From a virus: a stretch of 64,000 bases of DNA. This document shows positions 46,682 through 56,500 of the stretch, in pieces; position 1 is the stretch's first letter, and each line of letters starts with the position of its first letter. A program made the translations under genes and the position numbers. The notes below the pieces were generated by a model. It searched no databases. It worked only from the letters and a program-made list of their open reading frames with translations, and had not been told where the DNA came from. Location of the stretch: the IMG/VR virus record IMGVR_UViG_3300030419_006954, positions 31,566 to 95,565 of that record; one strand, written 5' to 3'.

Positions 46682-46823
46682 AGAAAATGGTCGGAGTTAC
46701 CTTTCAGGTAATATCGAAATCAATGGTAAGTCGGTGCCTTGTTTAATCTTTAAAAATGACTATCAAGAGGGTAACACCCCGCACTTTCATATTTACGCTG
46801 TCGATCAAACAACAGCTAAATAA
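46593..46823 (+). CDS. DUF736-like small protein
   Basis: KVGAFWIK..ENGRSYLSGNIEI....IFKN.....P.F.I. Confidence 0.55.
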   Translation: MPEETLSTSLEKQPSNWTKNKVGAFWIKTKENGRSYLSGNIEINGKSVPCLIFKNDYQEGNTPHFHIYAVDQTTAK

Positions 46824-47109
46824 TTTCGTTTTCTTCTCTTTCTTCTCGGACTGATTCTGGCTGATATTGTTCACGCCAGTCTTGATAATCTGCTTCTGAT
46901 TCCAGAGCGAGCTTTTCATCATCGCTTAGGGTCATGCCATCGTCCTCTATTAAGAGATACGATCCTCCTTGATCGCTTTCAGAGACTTCCCAACCATACA
47001 TGAATTCTGATTCATCTTCTTCCTTCTTAGGTCGCCCCAATTTTTCCTCCCAAAGCTCTCTGCTTCTTTGTTCGGCACCATCAATATTTTCGAATTTTAA
47101 ATATCTCAT
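46816..47109 (-). CDS. Small acidic protein, tail-fibre associated
   Basis: Last gene of the leftward tail operon, ATGA-coupled. Confidence 0.6.
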   Translation of the reverse strand: MRYLKFENIDGAEQRSRELWEEKLGRPKKEEDESEFMYGWEVSESDQGGSYLLIEDDGMTLSDDEKLALESEADYQDWREQYQPESVREEREENEII

Positions 47110-48086
47110 GCGTAATTAACCTCGTTATATATTGCGGCATTTGTCTCTAATGCAAGTTTAAGGTCATCATCTAATGCCGCTTCCCCCGATCCCGCGCTTG
47201 AATCAAATACATAAACTTCTCTGATTATTCCATTAAAGGGATTGTTGTTTATTCTTCTACAACCAATTCTAAATCTATCCGATCTCCCGATATGTTTATC
47301 TTCGTTTACGTCTCTAGTGGTTTCGGTCCCGCTCACTCTAAGTATCATGGATTTTCCATCTCCTCCTGCGGCGGTTGATCTTTGCCTGTCGTAGTATGAA
47401 CCAACTATTGTGCGTGTATATGTTGGATAACCACTAGCACTATCTTCGTCATAAGAATCTACAGCTAACCTGTAACTTCCACCAGATAAATAAATCATTT
47501 CTGCTCCATCATTAAAATTATCTAAATTAGTAATGAGACCGCCAGCTCCTGTAAAATCAAATACTTCACAAGCCATAACTAAACTAAAATTATCGTCAGT
47601 ATTAGGTAATCTGTATTGGTTTACTTGCAAATAATCTCCAGAAGCGCTATATCCCCCAGAGGTAACACATTTAAGCCCTCTGTTAAACACTCCAGAAGAA
47701 ATTAACTCAGGCTGTCTACTTGTAGTTGTTTGGACTGCATCTGGTGCAGTTGGATATCCGCTCCAAGATCCTCCACCTTGTTGAGTGCTTGTATTGCCAC
47801 TTTGGTTATACCACTTAGTAACGAAAGCTGAGTTGCTTCCTACAAAATCTCTAAGGGTGCTCCCTGCGCTAGTCAAGCTGTTAAGGGTTACTTCTTTTTG
47901 ATTGTAAAAATAAACATCTGCTTCGGTGCTATCAGAATCTCTTCTAACTCTTATAGCAGCTCCAGTGTAAGCAGCACGAAGCAGCCTTAATCCATAGGCT
48001 AGCCTTGCGGTGGGCATACCGCTTATATCTAGAGGAGTTTCTACATGTTTTTCGAATATCCCCGACATTGAGGGTCTTATAATCAT
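47106..48086 (-). CDS. Virion lectin/ConA-like protein (arabinofuranosidase-B N-terminal-like motif)
   Basis: AYGLRLLRAAYTGAAIRVRRDSDSTEADV, FVTKWYNQSGN, QP, FNGIIREV. Confidence 0.65.
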   Translation of the reverse strand: MIIRPSMSGIFEKHVETPLDISGMPTARLAYGLRLLRAAYTGAAIRVRRDSDSTEADVYFYNQKEVTLNSLTSAGSTLRDFVGSNSAFVTKWYNQSGNTSTQQGGGSWSGYPTAPDAVQTTTSRQPELISSGVFNRGLKCVTSGGYSASGDYLQVNQYRLPNTDDNFSLVMACEVFDFTGAGGLITNLDNFNDGAEMIYLSGGSYRLAVDSYDEDSASGYPTYTRTIVGSYYDRQRSTAAGGDGKSMILRVSGTETTRDVNEDKHIGRSDRFRIGCRRINNNPFNGIIREVYVFDSSAGSGEAALDDDLKLALETNAAIYNEVNYA

Positions 48087-51000
48087 AATAAATTACCGAA
48101 AACTCCATAGGTGTTTGTGGCTAATCTAACTATAGATCCAGGTTGATATCCAGATGCCAAGGTCACAGTTCCATTAGCAGTCCCATTAATAATCATACTG
48201 CTCGATCCAACAATATCTACATCTTGTCCAGTATTCAAGACTGATACATTGAAACCCGCGCCTAGATCACTAGAGATTGTTATTTGATCAAATGAAGCAG
48301 AGGTTCCGTTAATAAAGTTTCCATTATCACTAGCTGCTAAAGTGAAGTCGGCACTTTTTTCCGATAAATTAAAGCCACCCTTTATCGCCCCATCCACTTC
48401 AAGAGCAGTAGAAGGTGAAGCTGTTCCTATACCGACTTGGCTGTCTGAATCTACAGTCAGTGCGGTGGTTCCTGCTGTAGAAAGGCTAATTGTATCAGCG
48501 CCAAAATCAATACGGTTATCCGTATCTCCATCATGAAAAATTGTATCTTGAATATAGAGACTGGCGAAAGTCGGGGAACCGCCAGCAGCAACTCCTCCGA
48601 TGTCAGACAAGACCTCTGAGGTAGAGCGACTTTCAAGGCCGTCAGCTGTAAATCTAGCGTATTCGTCATCAGCTACGCTGGCACTGTCTATCTTTACTGC
48701 GTTAGTATTTGAGATCCCGAAGGTGAGGGAAGCTTGCCCTCCGATGTCAGACAAAACTTCAGAAGCGGACCTTCCCTCCACTTGAGTGCCGTCTATTCTG
48801 AGGAAGTCGTTATCTACCAAGGTGTTATTCGCTTGGATTACATTATTATTACTAATACCGACATCCAAACTAGCTGCTGCCCCAGTTAAACCAGTAGCTA
48901 GCGCTCCAATATCGCTCAGAACTTCTGAAGTTGACCTACTCTCTAAACCCGCAGATGTAAATCTAGCATACTCGTCATCAGCTACGCTCGCGCTGTCGAT
49001 CTTAACGGCATTGGTGTTAGATATACCGAAAGTCAGCGATGCTTGCGCCCCGATGTCACCGAGAACCTCAGATGTTGAACGACTTTCTAGTCCTGCCGAA
49101 GTAAACCGTGCGTATTCATCGTCAGCGACCGAAGCGCTGTCAATTTTAACAGCGTTAGTATTTGAGATCCCGAAAGTAAGAGACGCTTGTGCGCCGATGT
49201 CACTTAAGACTTCGGAGGCGCTTCGCCCTTCTACTTTTGTTCCATCTATACGAAGAAAATCGTCATCTGAAAGCGTATTGTTAGCTTGTATGAGATTGTT
49301 TTCGCTAATTCCGACATTTAAACTGGCGGCTGCTCCAGTCAAACCAGTAGCTAATCCACCGATGTCACTTAAAACTTCAGAAGTAGAACGGCTCTCCAAG
49401 CCGTTAGCGGTAAATCGTGCGTATTCATCATCTGCTACTGAAGCGCTGTCGATCTTTACAGCATTCGTGTTTGAGATTCCGAAGGTCAGCGAGGCTTGCG
49501 CTCCGATGTCACTAAGAACCTCAGATGTTGAACGGCTCTCTAAACCGTCAGCAGTAAACCGCGCATACTCGTCGTCAGCAACGTCTGCGCTGTCAATTTT
49601 AACAGCGTTTGTGTTTGCTATTCCGAAGGTAAGCGAAGCTTGTCCTCCAATGTCTGAAAGAACTTCTGAGGCCGATCTACCTTCTACTTGAGTTCCGTCT
49701 ATTCGGAGAAAATCATTATCAACAAGTGTGTTGTTTGCTTGTATAACGTTGTTATTACTAATCCCTACATCCTTTGTCGCGGCGGTCCCGAGTCCCAATT
49801 CAGAGGTCGTTACGTCTCCCGATAATAAGTAAGGAACATGATTGTTTGTTATTCTATTTCCGACGCCCGTTCCCAAGAAGTCGCCCAAACCAGAAATATT
49901 TCCTCTTACATCAAGCTTAGTAAGAGGGGAGTTAGTTCCGATCCCCATATTACCTTCTACTATTAATCCGTTAGAAGGCGCAGCGGCAGATTGATAAGAA
50001 CTGCCCACACTAGCATTCCCAGCTACTCCCAGATTGTTAGTGGCGGCGTAATAACCAATCGCTAGATTGCCTTCGACGCTTAATCCCTTAGCAGGAGGAG
50101 CCTGTCCTACGAAAGATGGGCCGATTACGCTGCCTGTCGTGAAGGAGGCTCCCTGCACATGAAGGTCGTATGCAGCGTTGGGGGAGCTTCCTATCCCCAC
50201 GCTATCTCCAAACAGCCCTGTGACCCCAGAGATATGAGGTCCAGTAGAGGTTATGGAGGTAGTTGTCGTGCTACCACGATCTGTAACCGCCTGAAGAGTA
50301 TCTGTTTCTGATGTAGAAACAGCGTTCCCGTTTACAAAAAGTCCGCTTGTGGAATCAACATAGACTCCATCTTGGAAGTGGAGTCCCAATGTATTAGCGC
50401 CTGATGAAAGAGCGGGGGTTGTGGAACTATCCGAGAGAACAAATGCACCGTCATGTCCAGCTTGGACGCGAGAGTAATTACCAGCGGCCAGAGCATTGTC
50501 TGCCACTACCTCATTATATGTGCCAGCGAGAATTACTGAAGAGTCACCTGAGAGGGTATTAACTAATCCTCCTGCATTAAAACTGTATTTTCCTGAGAGT
50601 TTATTGACCCTGCCCCCTCCTTGGACGCTATAAGTTGAAGCTGGTTCTACTTGGTTGCCATACCCACCCATGATCACCGCTCCATCTGATCCGTTTAATA
50701 TATGGTTACGAGCACCACCGCCCACAAACCCAAACTGTGAATCAGTAATTATTCCTGAATAACCTCCTGCGATGGCAGAGACTAAAGACCCTGAAGTAAT
50801 GAGGTTATTGAAACCTCCACCAATAAAGGCAGCATCAGTAGAATAAATATCATTATTATATCCCCCCACACTAGTAGAATAATCAGACCCAGTAACACAG
50901 TGTCCTGATCCCCCGCCGACAAGACAAAAATCACCACCACTGATATCGTTAATCGCTCCACCCACTATACTGTCCCAGTTCCCAGAAATAATGTGTCCGC

Positions 51001-53530
51001 TACCCGCGACCACAACGCAGCCAGTAGAATAAATATTAGAGTCGTAAGCCGCTATCACAGCATTATCATAAGCGACTTCATAAGCTGAATTACTGGTGGC
51101 TTGACTTGCTAGTTTACCAAATACAATTTTATCAGAAGATACATCTGTATCTAAAATATAACCTCCCGCAGCTGTTTTTATCTGGGTATTTCCTTCGACA
51201 ACTAATTGTTTGCTGGATGAATTTGTATCAATTTTAACCTTGGTGGTTCCCGCCGCATCTTTAACGTCAACAATTGCGTTTTTGCTGCTGTCAATTTCTT
51301 GGACAAGTTTAGCCACTTCGTCCACATCCTTAAGTGTAACTTTTGGATTATCGTTGGAGTCTAATTCTACTACATACCTATCCTCGTCTCCAGCGGTGTT
51401 TAAAACAGTGAGCTTTCCTCTCTTGTTGGAATCGCTTTCGAGTTTGAGGCTAGCGTTGGCAGAGGAGTCTTTGATGGTAAGCTTACCCATGTCGTTGCTG
51501 TCTACTTCAGCGACATATCTTTCTTCATCGCCACCAGCATTTAAAATACTTAACTTTCCTCTTCTGTTAGAATCACTTTGTGCTTTGACGCTTGCGTTTC
51601 CATCTGTGTCGTTAAGTTCAAGCAGACCAGCAGCGTTAGAGTCTCCTCCTAAGGCAGCAATAACATTGCCTGTATCACCGTGGTCATAAACATTTATTCC
51701 CTGATCATCAGCGCTCTGAGTGACAACGCTTACTGGAGCAGTAGGAGTATCTGTTTGGAAGCCCACCCTATCAGTAGAGCGGTCAACATATAAAGTCTTG
51801 GTATTGACATAGAAATCACCATCATCTGTTATCCTCGCTCTTTCCGTTCCTGCTGTAAACCAAGCGATTGTGTCATCAGAAGGGAAACCAAAATAAGTAT
51901 TTGTATCCCCTTGGTGTTGGATATAGCTATTCATTTGGATGACACTGCTGCCACCCATTATAAGGCTTGTGGTAGCGGTGTTATCATTATCGAGAACCTC
52001 AGTAATAGTGCAAGAGCAGCCCCCACCCCCACCTTCTCCTGAAATAAGATACATGTTACCGTGTGGGTCGCTCATCCTGCCACTCACTCCAGTGCCTACA
52101 ATATAATCTGATTCTAGGTATCCTGACCCACCTGTATTTGTGATCTTTAAGTTGGCTCCGTCCCCCCGAATTGTGTTGCTGCCTCCGTCCCAAATCGGAT
52201 TCGGTCCACCCGCCTTTATTGTCGCCGCCCTGTATGGTCCCACATTCCATATTTCTTTGCTTTTGCCGATTCTACTAGATGCGACAATTTTGAAATATGT
52301 ATCTTGTGTAAAATCAACACCATCCCGAGTGTTGGTGTTATTGGCTACTCTTATATGTTGGCTTGGGAGTTGTTGCAGTCCGTAGCTTCCTAGAAAAGTT
52401 CCCCTATTTGTTGAGAAATTTTTCGAGTTACTCGCAAAAAAACCTGCCTGATAGAATTGGCATGTGCCTCCTTTGTTGTCAGTTACTATTCGAAAATCAA
52501 AAGCTCCCGAGATGCCTGTGGTGTTTATAAGGTTATTACTAAAAAACTTTTTAGTTTCCGTCGCGTCTGCTGTGGACATACCCGCTGTATCAGGCACACT
52601 AATATTATCTGGGGATTCATTTCGGGAAATCCCCCCCGAGGCTTTAACATCTATTGTAGTAATATGGGGTGTGTTGACTCCATAAAGTTTAACAACATTA
52701 GTTTGAACCGTTGCATCTTGGTTAACCACATCAATTTGAATGCCGAGTTTATCTCGATATTCCCCGAAGACATCTTCATTTTGTTGTTCGGTAAATGTAA
52801 AATTTGTATTTCCATAATTGCGGAAATTGCGGAAAACCATATTCCCATCAATATCTAATATACTTATGCGTTGTCCGCTAATAATGGGGTCTGCGGCTAG
52901 TGCTGCGGCGGTATTTAAAACCTGCCCAGCTGTGTTCTGTAGTTCAGTTCGTATCGTGATGTCGCGCCCATTGACAAAAATTCCGCTTCCTGATGATACG
53001 GCGTTAAAATTTCCAGTATTTGGAGTGAAAGAGTTTTCAAATTCGTAAAACTCTTTAGTGGTGAAATTCCCCTCATAATAACCAGAGGTAGAAATTTCTG
53101 ATGTTGTTGTCCCGACGCCGATCTTAATAACCCTCTGCTTCGTGGGGTCGGAGGTTTTTTCATAAATACCATAAATTGCCCCGCTGTAGTTCGTTCCCTT
53201 TAGGAACTCATATGAGTTTTCACCCCCAGTTATATCAACAAACCCAGTTCCCTCTCCCCTGATGTCGCCGTTAGGAGTAGCTCCTCCTAAAACCGTCCCA
53301 GTTGACATGAATGCGGTGGTGGGGAGAGTGCCGCTAGGATCGTCTAGAGGGAGAGTAACACTTGGTCCCACAACATTTATAAACCTTACATTATTCCATC
53401 CTGAAGCAGCAGCTTGAGAATTCAAATATCCCCCCGCTCCTGTCGAACCTGTAGCTAAAAACTGTCCGCTTTCAGCATAAATATATGCTCCTTCATCTTT
53501 GGTTATTTTATATGGAAGATAGGTGGGCAT
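48083..53530 (-). CDS. Long tail fibre / receptor-binding protein (1815 aa) with several repeat types
   Basis: VGIGT..P..LDV fibre motifs, TLQAVTDRGSTTT, GG..N repeats, 47-56 aa tandem repeats; downstream of J. Confidence 0.8.
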   Translation of the reverse strand: MPTYLPYKITKDEGAYIYAESGQFLATGSTGAGGYLNSQAAASGWNNVRFINVVGPSVTLPLDDPSGTLPTTAFMSTGTVLGGATPNGDIRGEGTGFVDITGGENSYEFLKGTNYSGAIYGIYEKTSDPTKQRVIKIGVGTTTSEISTSGYYEGNFTTKEFYEFENSFTPNTGNFNAVSSGSGIFVNGRDITIRTELQNTAGQVLNTAAALAADPIISGQRISILDIDGNMVFRNFRNYGNTNFTFTEQQNEDVFGEYRDKLGIQIDVVNQDATVQTNVVKLYGVNTPHITTIDVKASGGISRNESPDNISVPDTAGMSTADATETKKFFSNNLINTTGISGAFDFRIVTDNKGGTCQFYQAGFFASNSKNFSTNRGTFLGSYGLQQLPSQHIRVANNTNTRDGVDFTQDTYFKIVASSRIGKSKEIWNVGPYRAATIKAGGPNPIWDGGSNTIRGDGANLKITNTGGSGYLESDYIVGTGVSGRMSDPHGNMYLISGEGGGGGCSCTITEVLDNDNTATTSLIMGGSSVIQMNSYIQHQGDTNTYFGFPSDDTIAWFTAGTERARITDDGDFYVNTKTLYVDRSTDRVGFQTDTPTAPVSVVTQSADDQGINVYDHGDTGNVIAALGGDSNAAGLLELNDTDGNASVKAQSDSNRRGKLSILNAGGDEERYVAEVDSNDMGKLTIKDSSANASLKLESDSNKRGKLTVLNTAGDEDRYVVELDSNDNPKVTLKDVDEVAKLVQEIDSSKNAIVDVKDAAGTTKVKIDTNSSSKQLVVEGNTQIKTAAGGYILDTDVSSDKIVFGKLASQATSNSAYEVAYDNAVIAAYDSNIYSTGCVVVAGSGHIISGNWDSIVGGAINDISGGDFCLVGGGSGHCVTGSDYSTSVGGYNNDIYSTDAAFIGGGFNNLITSGSLVSAIAGGYSGIITDSQFGFVGGGARNHILNGSDGAVIMGGYGNQVEPASTYSVQGGGRVNKLSGKYSFNAGGLVNTLSGDSSVILAGTYNEVVADNALAAGNYSRVQAGHDGAFVLSDSSTTPALSSGANTLGLHFQDGVYVDSTSGLFVNGNAVSTSETDTLQAVTDRGSTTTTSITSTGPHISGVTGLFGDSVGIGSSPNAAYDLHVQGASFTTGSVIGPSFVGQAPPAKGLSVEGNLAIGYYAATNNLGVAGNASVGSSYQSAAAPSNGLIVEGNMGIGTNSPLTKLDVRGNISGLGDFLGTGVGNRITNNHVPYLLSGDVTTSELGLGTAATKDVGISNNNVIQANNTLVDNDFLRIDGTQVEGRSASEVLSDIGGQASLTFGIANTNAVKIDSADVADDEYARFTADGLESRSTSEVLSDIGAQASLTFGISNTNAVKIDSASVADDEYARFTANGLESRSTSEVLSDIGGLATGLTGAAASLNVGISENNLIQANNTLSDDDFLRIDGTKVEGRSASEVLSDIGAQASLTFGISNTNAVKIDSASVADDEYARFTSAGLESRSTSEVLGDIGAQASLTFGISNTNAVKIDSASVADDEYARFTSAGLESRSTSEVLSDIGALATGLTGAAASLDVGISNNNVIQANNTLVDNDFLRIDGTQVEGRSASEVLSDIGGQASLTFGISNTNAVKIDSASVADDEYARFTADGLESRSTSEVLSDIGGVAAGGSPTFASLYIQDTIFHDGDTDNRIDFGADTISLSTAGTTALTVDSDSQVGIGTASPSTALEVDGAIKGGFNLSEKSADFTLAASDNGNFINGTSASFDQITISSDLGAGFNVSVLNTGQDVDIVGSSSMIINGTANGTVTLASGYQPGSIVRLATNTYGVFGNLL
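48595..49770 (-). repeat. Eight coding tandem repeats (A-B-B' x2 + A-B; 453-bp higher-order period)
   Basis: Units GISNNNVIQANNTLVDNDFLRIDG... and GISNTNAVKIDSASVADDEYARFT...; ccagtagcta recurs at 48891 and 49344. Confidence 0.9.
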
Positions 53531-53536
53531 GTGAAT

Positions 53537-56500
53537 TTATCCTATTGTTAGTCGATTAAGAAATGATGCGTCCCAGACGTTTCGCTCATCATATACAACA
53601 AAAATTCCTGAACAGGCTTTTTGGGAATCAAAATAAGCGTTTCCACCATCTCCACCTTTATTACCTAGTGCAGTTACACAAAAATTAAAAACACCCACTT
53701 GCCGTAGATCTGAGAATTGTCCTCCTGTTGCGGTAGAAGGGTCGATAGACTTATTCCAAGTAGCGCCATTGGGGTGGGTTAGACTCATATGGTATCCCGT
53801 GCTATTGTCCACCTGTCCCCACATTCCACTAATAGTGAAAGTTTGGGTGGTGGGGTCGGGCTCACCAGTAGTCAGGGAAGCTATTTGGGGGGTGGGAAGG
53901 GTTTCGTAGGTAATCCCATTTACCGTTTGTGCCCGTTGGTAACTAAAAGTATTAGCCTCGCGTTCTATACTTATATCTTCTTCTATTAGTTTGAATTTAC
54001 CTGTGTCATATTTAGAGGCCGTCACCAAATATTCATTTGGGTTTTCCTCTTTCATAGTGAGCACCTTATAAATGAAAGGAGTAGTATCTTGGATGTCGAA
54101 TTTAGCCACGCTTCCTAGTTTTACATACGGCAATAGGTGAGGTTGATCGAAACCAGAAATAACACTACCGTAGTTATTAAATCCTGCTCCCGTCAATTCT
54201 TCTTCGGTGCTGAGAATATTGCCAGTAACATATAAAGGCTTTAGTTGATCTAGATGGTTGAGTGCTGATAACTCAGAATCTAATGCTCCAGCTGTAGTGT
54301 GACTTGGAACGAACGCAGCGTTGTCAAATGCCCCTGAAAAAAGATGAACGTCTGAGGGGTCTGTGGATCTTTTGTCCCCGACCATCGTCATCTCTACTAG
54401 GTATCCTGTCCCGATATCAGCTATGGTTTGGCTACCAGTCCACTGAGAAATAAAATCTCCAGAACCCAAAGCGAAGGCTCCTGTTCCTTCTGACGATCCT
54501 GATGCAAAAACCCATCCTGTTACTCCTTTGTTGAAATAAAGCATCTTGCCGCTTATAGGAGAAGGAATTCCCGTATAAAGGGCATACTGATTATATCGCG
54601 TGTCATATGATTCGTTACAATCAGGATATCCTTGGGTGTAGCCTGAAAAGCCATAGTTTCCTGCATACCTTACCCACTCTTCGCTTTCGCCAGTTACTGA
54701 TAATTCGTAGTAACGTTCTCTTTTCAGATAGCCTAATCCTGTTGTTATATCCAGAGAAGAGTCCCTTCCTGTAGGGTCCATTATTGTCAGCACACCACTC
54801 ATATCCGCATCGACAAAAGTATTAGTCATCCTAATTGTTTCTGCGGTTGGATCAACTGCTAGAATTTTACCATAGTTAGTTATATTTGTTTTAAGGTCAT
54901 CCTCGATAAGCACAAGATCCCCAGGCTTACACAACAAGCTTTCGAGTCCCGCTGTAAATGCAACCTGTTGGTTTTCTTTTATTTTAGAAAAAATTTGATG
55001 TTGAGCGACACGCCTCGCCATAGCGCGTGAGGTTATACCTACTCCTTCGATGCGTTTTTTGAATATTCCCTTCTCTTTAATGCTCTCTTCATCTTCCACC
55101 ACTTCGATTTTAGGCACGAAATTATCAAACCTATCTCTATAACCCACTTCAATGCAGTTAAACTGCTCGTCCCTTCTATTATTTGAATAGAAAAACAATC
55201 CGTCTTTAACGTTGTCGTTAGTAAAAAGATTTACAGGTGTTCTCGGTTGGTCATCTACAAAATTTATCTCTGAACTACCAAAAAACACCCTCCCCCTAAA
55301 CAGGGCGGCTATAAGCGTTATCGCGTCAAAAATTTTCTGTCCCTTATCAAAAACAATATTAGAAGAAAACCTTGGTTCTTTCCCACCTCTTCCATCAGTC
55401 ACCCCTTCGAAATAACCATTTTCGTCTACAGCATCACAAAATCTTCCTATTGTATATAATTGCCATTTGTTTATGTCTGTTACATCTATATGGGCTCCCA
55501 TCCCATAACGATAGTTAGTGAGCAAATCATATAAAATCCAAGCGGGGTTATCAGTCCACTCTAAGTGTTCCTTAAAACTTCCGTCCCAGTCTCCATCATA
55601 AACAAGTTTGTCTTTTTTAGATGTGCTAGTGAATTGTTTTTGAGTATTGTAATATCTTTTGTCCCTGCCGTCCCGATGGGTTGGAAAATAATTAGAAGGA
55701 ACTTTTACCTTTTTTAATTTAAGATCGTAAGTGCGGGTGGGAATGCTACCAAAAGAACGAGAATCTATCTTGGTTCCTATGATAGCAGAAAAGGGGTAAG
55801 GTAACGGCACATCAATAATCTCAGTGACTTTAGTGAGCTGGACTGCTTTAGCTATTAAAACAGAATTAGTTTCAAAGGATAATTTAGTTACTTTTATATA
55901 GCGCTTTTCTGTGCTGTCTTGGTCTATTACGCCAGCTTCAATTCCTCTTTCTCCGTTTGCTGTCAGTAGAAGTTGCTTGGTGGCAACTGTGGGGGGAAGA
56001 GCGAATCCTGCATTCAGGTTGGGGTCGTTCTGTGTTAAATTAACAACATATTCCTTCTCCGAATCTATTTCGTAGTCGGGGTTGCCGATATCAATAAGCG
56101 TAGGGTTATCAATCAATGCCACCACTCTGTAAAGATATGTCTGATAAGGAGTCTCTAAGCCCTCGTTTCCTTCTTCATCAAGCCCCAGAGTTCCTGTTTC
56201 TACTTTTAAATTTAAAACAGTTGGAAATTTTGTGCCTATCTTGGCGTCTTTAGTTGCTTGATCTGCTAGCGCGGCGATATTCTTATTATCTTTGATTAAT
56301 GTGTCACTCAATTGCCCTATATTTATAGTAATAAAAGCTCTGGTAACATTTGGGTTGTAAACGGTATGGACAACAGGCACTGCATCTTCGTCCCAATCAC
56401 CGAAAGATTTTCCCGCCCAATCAGAAAAATTTTCATCTCCGTCGTTGCCAAGTCTATAATCGTCGCTGCCCTCGTTTTCAGGGAGTAGGTTTTGATCCAG

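Noticed and set aside
48786-49691. 301-aa plus-strand ORF (also 48600-48785 and 51210-51689) antisense to the fibre repeats
   Set aside because: Shadow of the repetitive fibre coding frame; Ser/Leu/Ala-rich mirror composition and no expression signals.
48595-49770. Possible CRISPR array or DGR template/variable repeats
   Set aside because: Repeats are in-frame coding units with synonymous variation; no unique spacers, no adenine-specific mismatch pattern noticed, and no reverse transcriptase or cas1 in the window.
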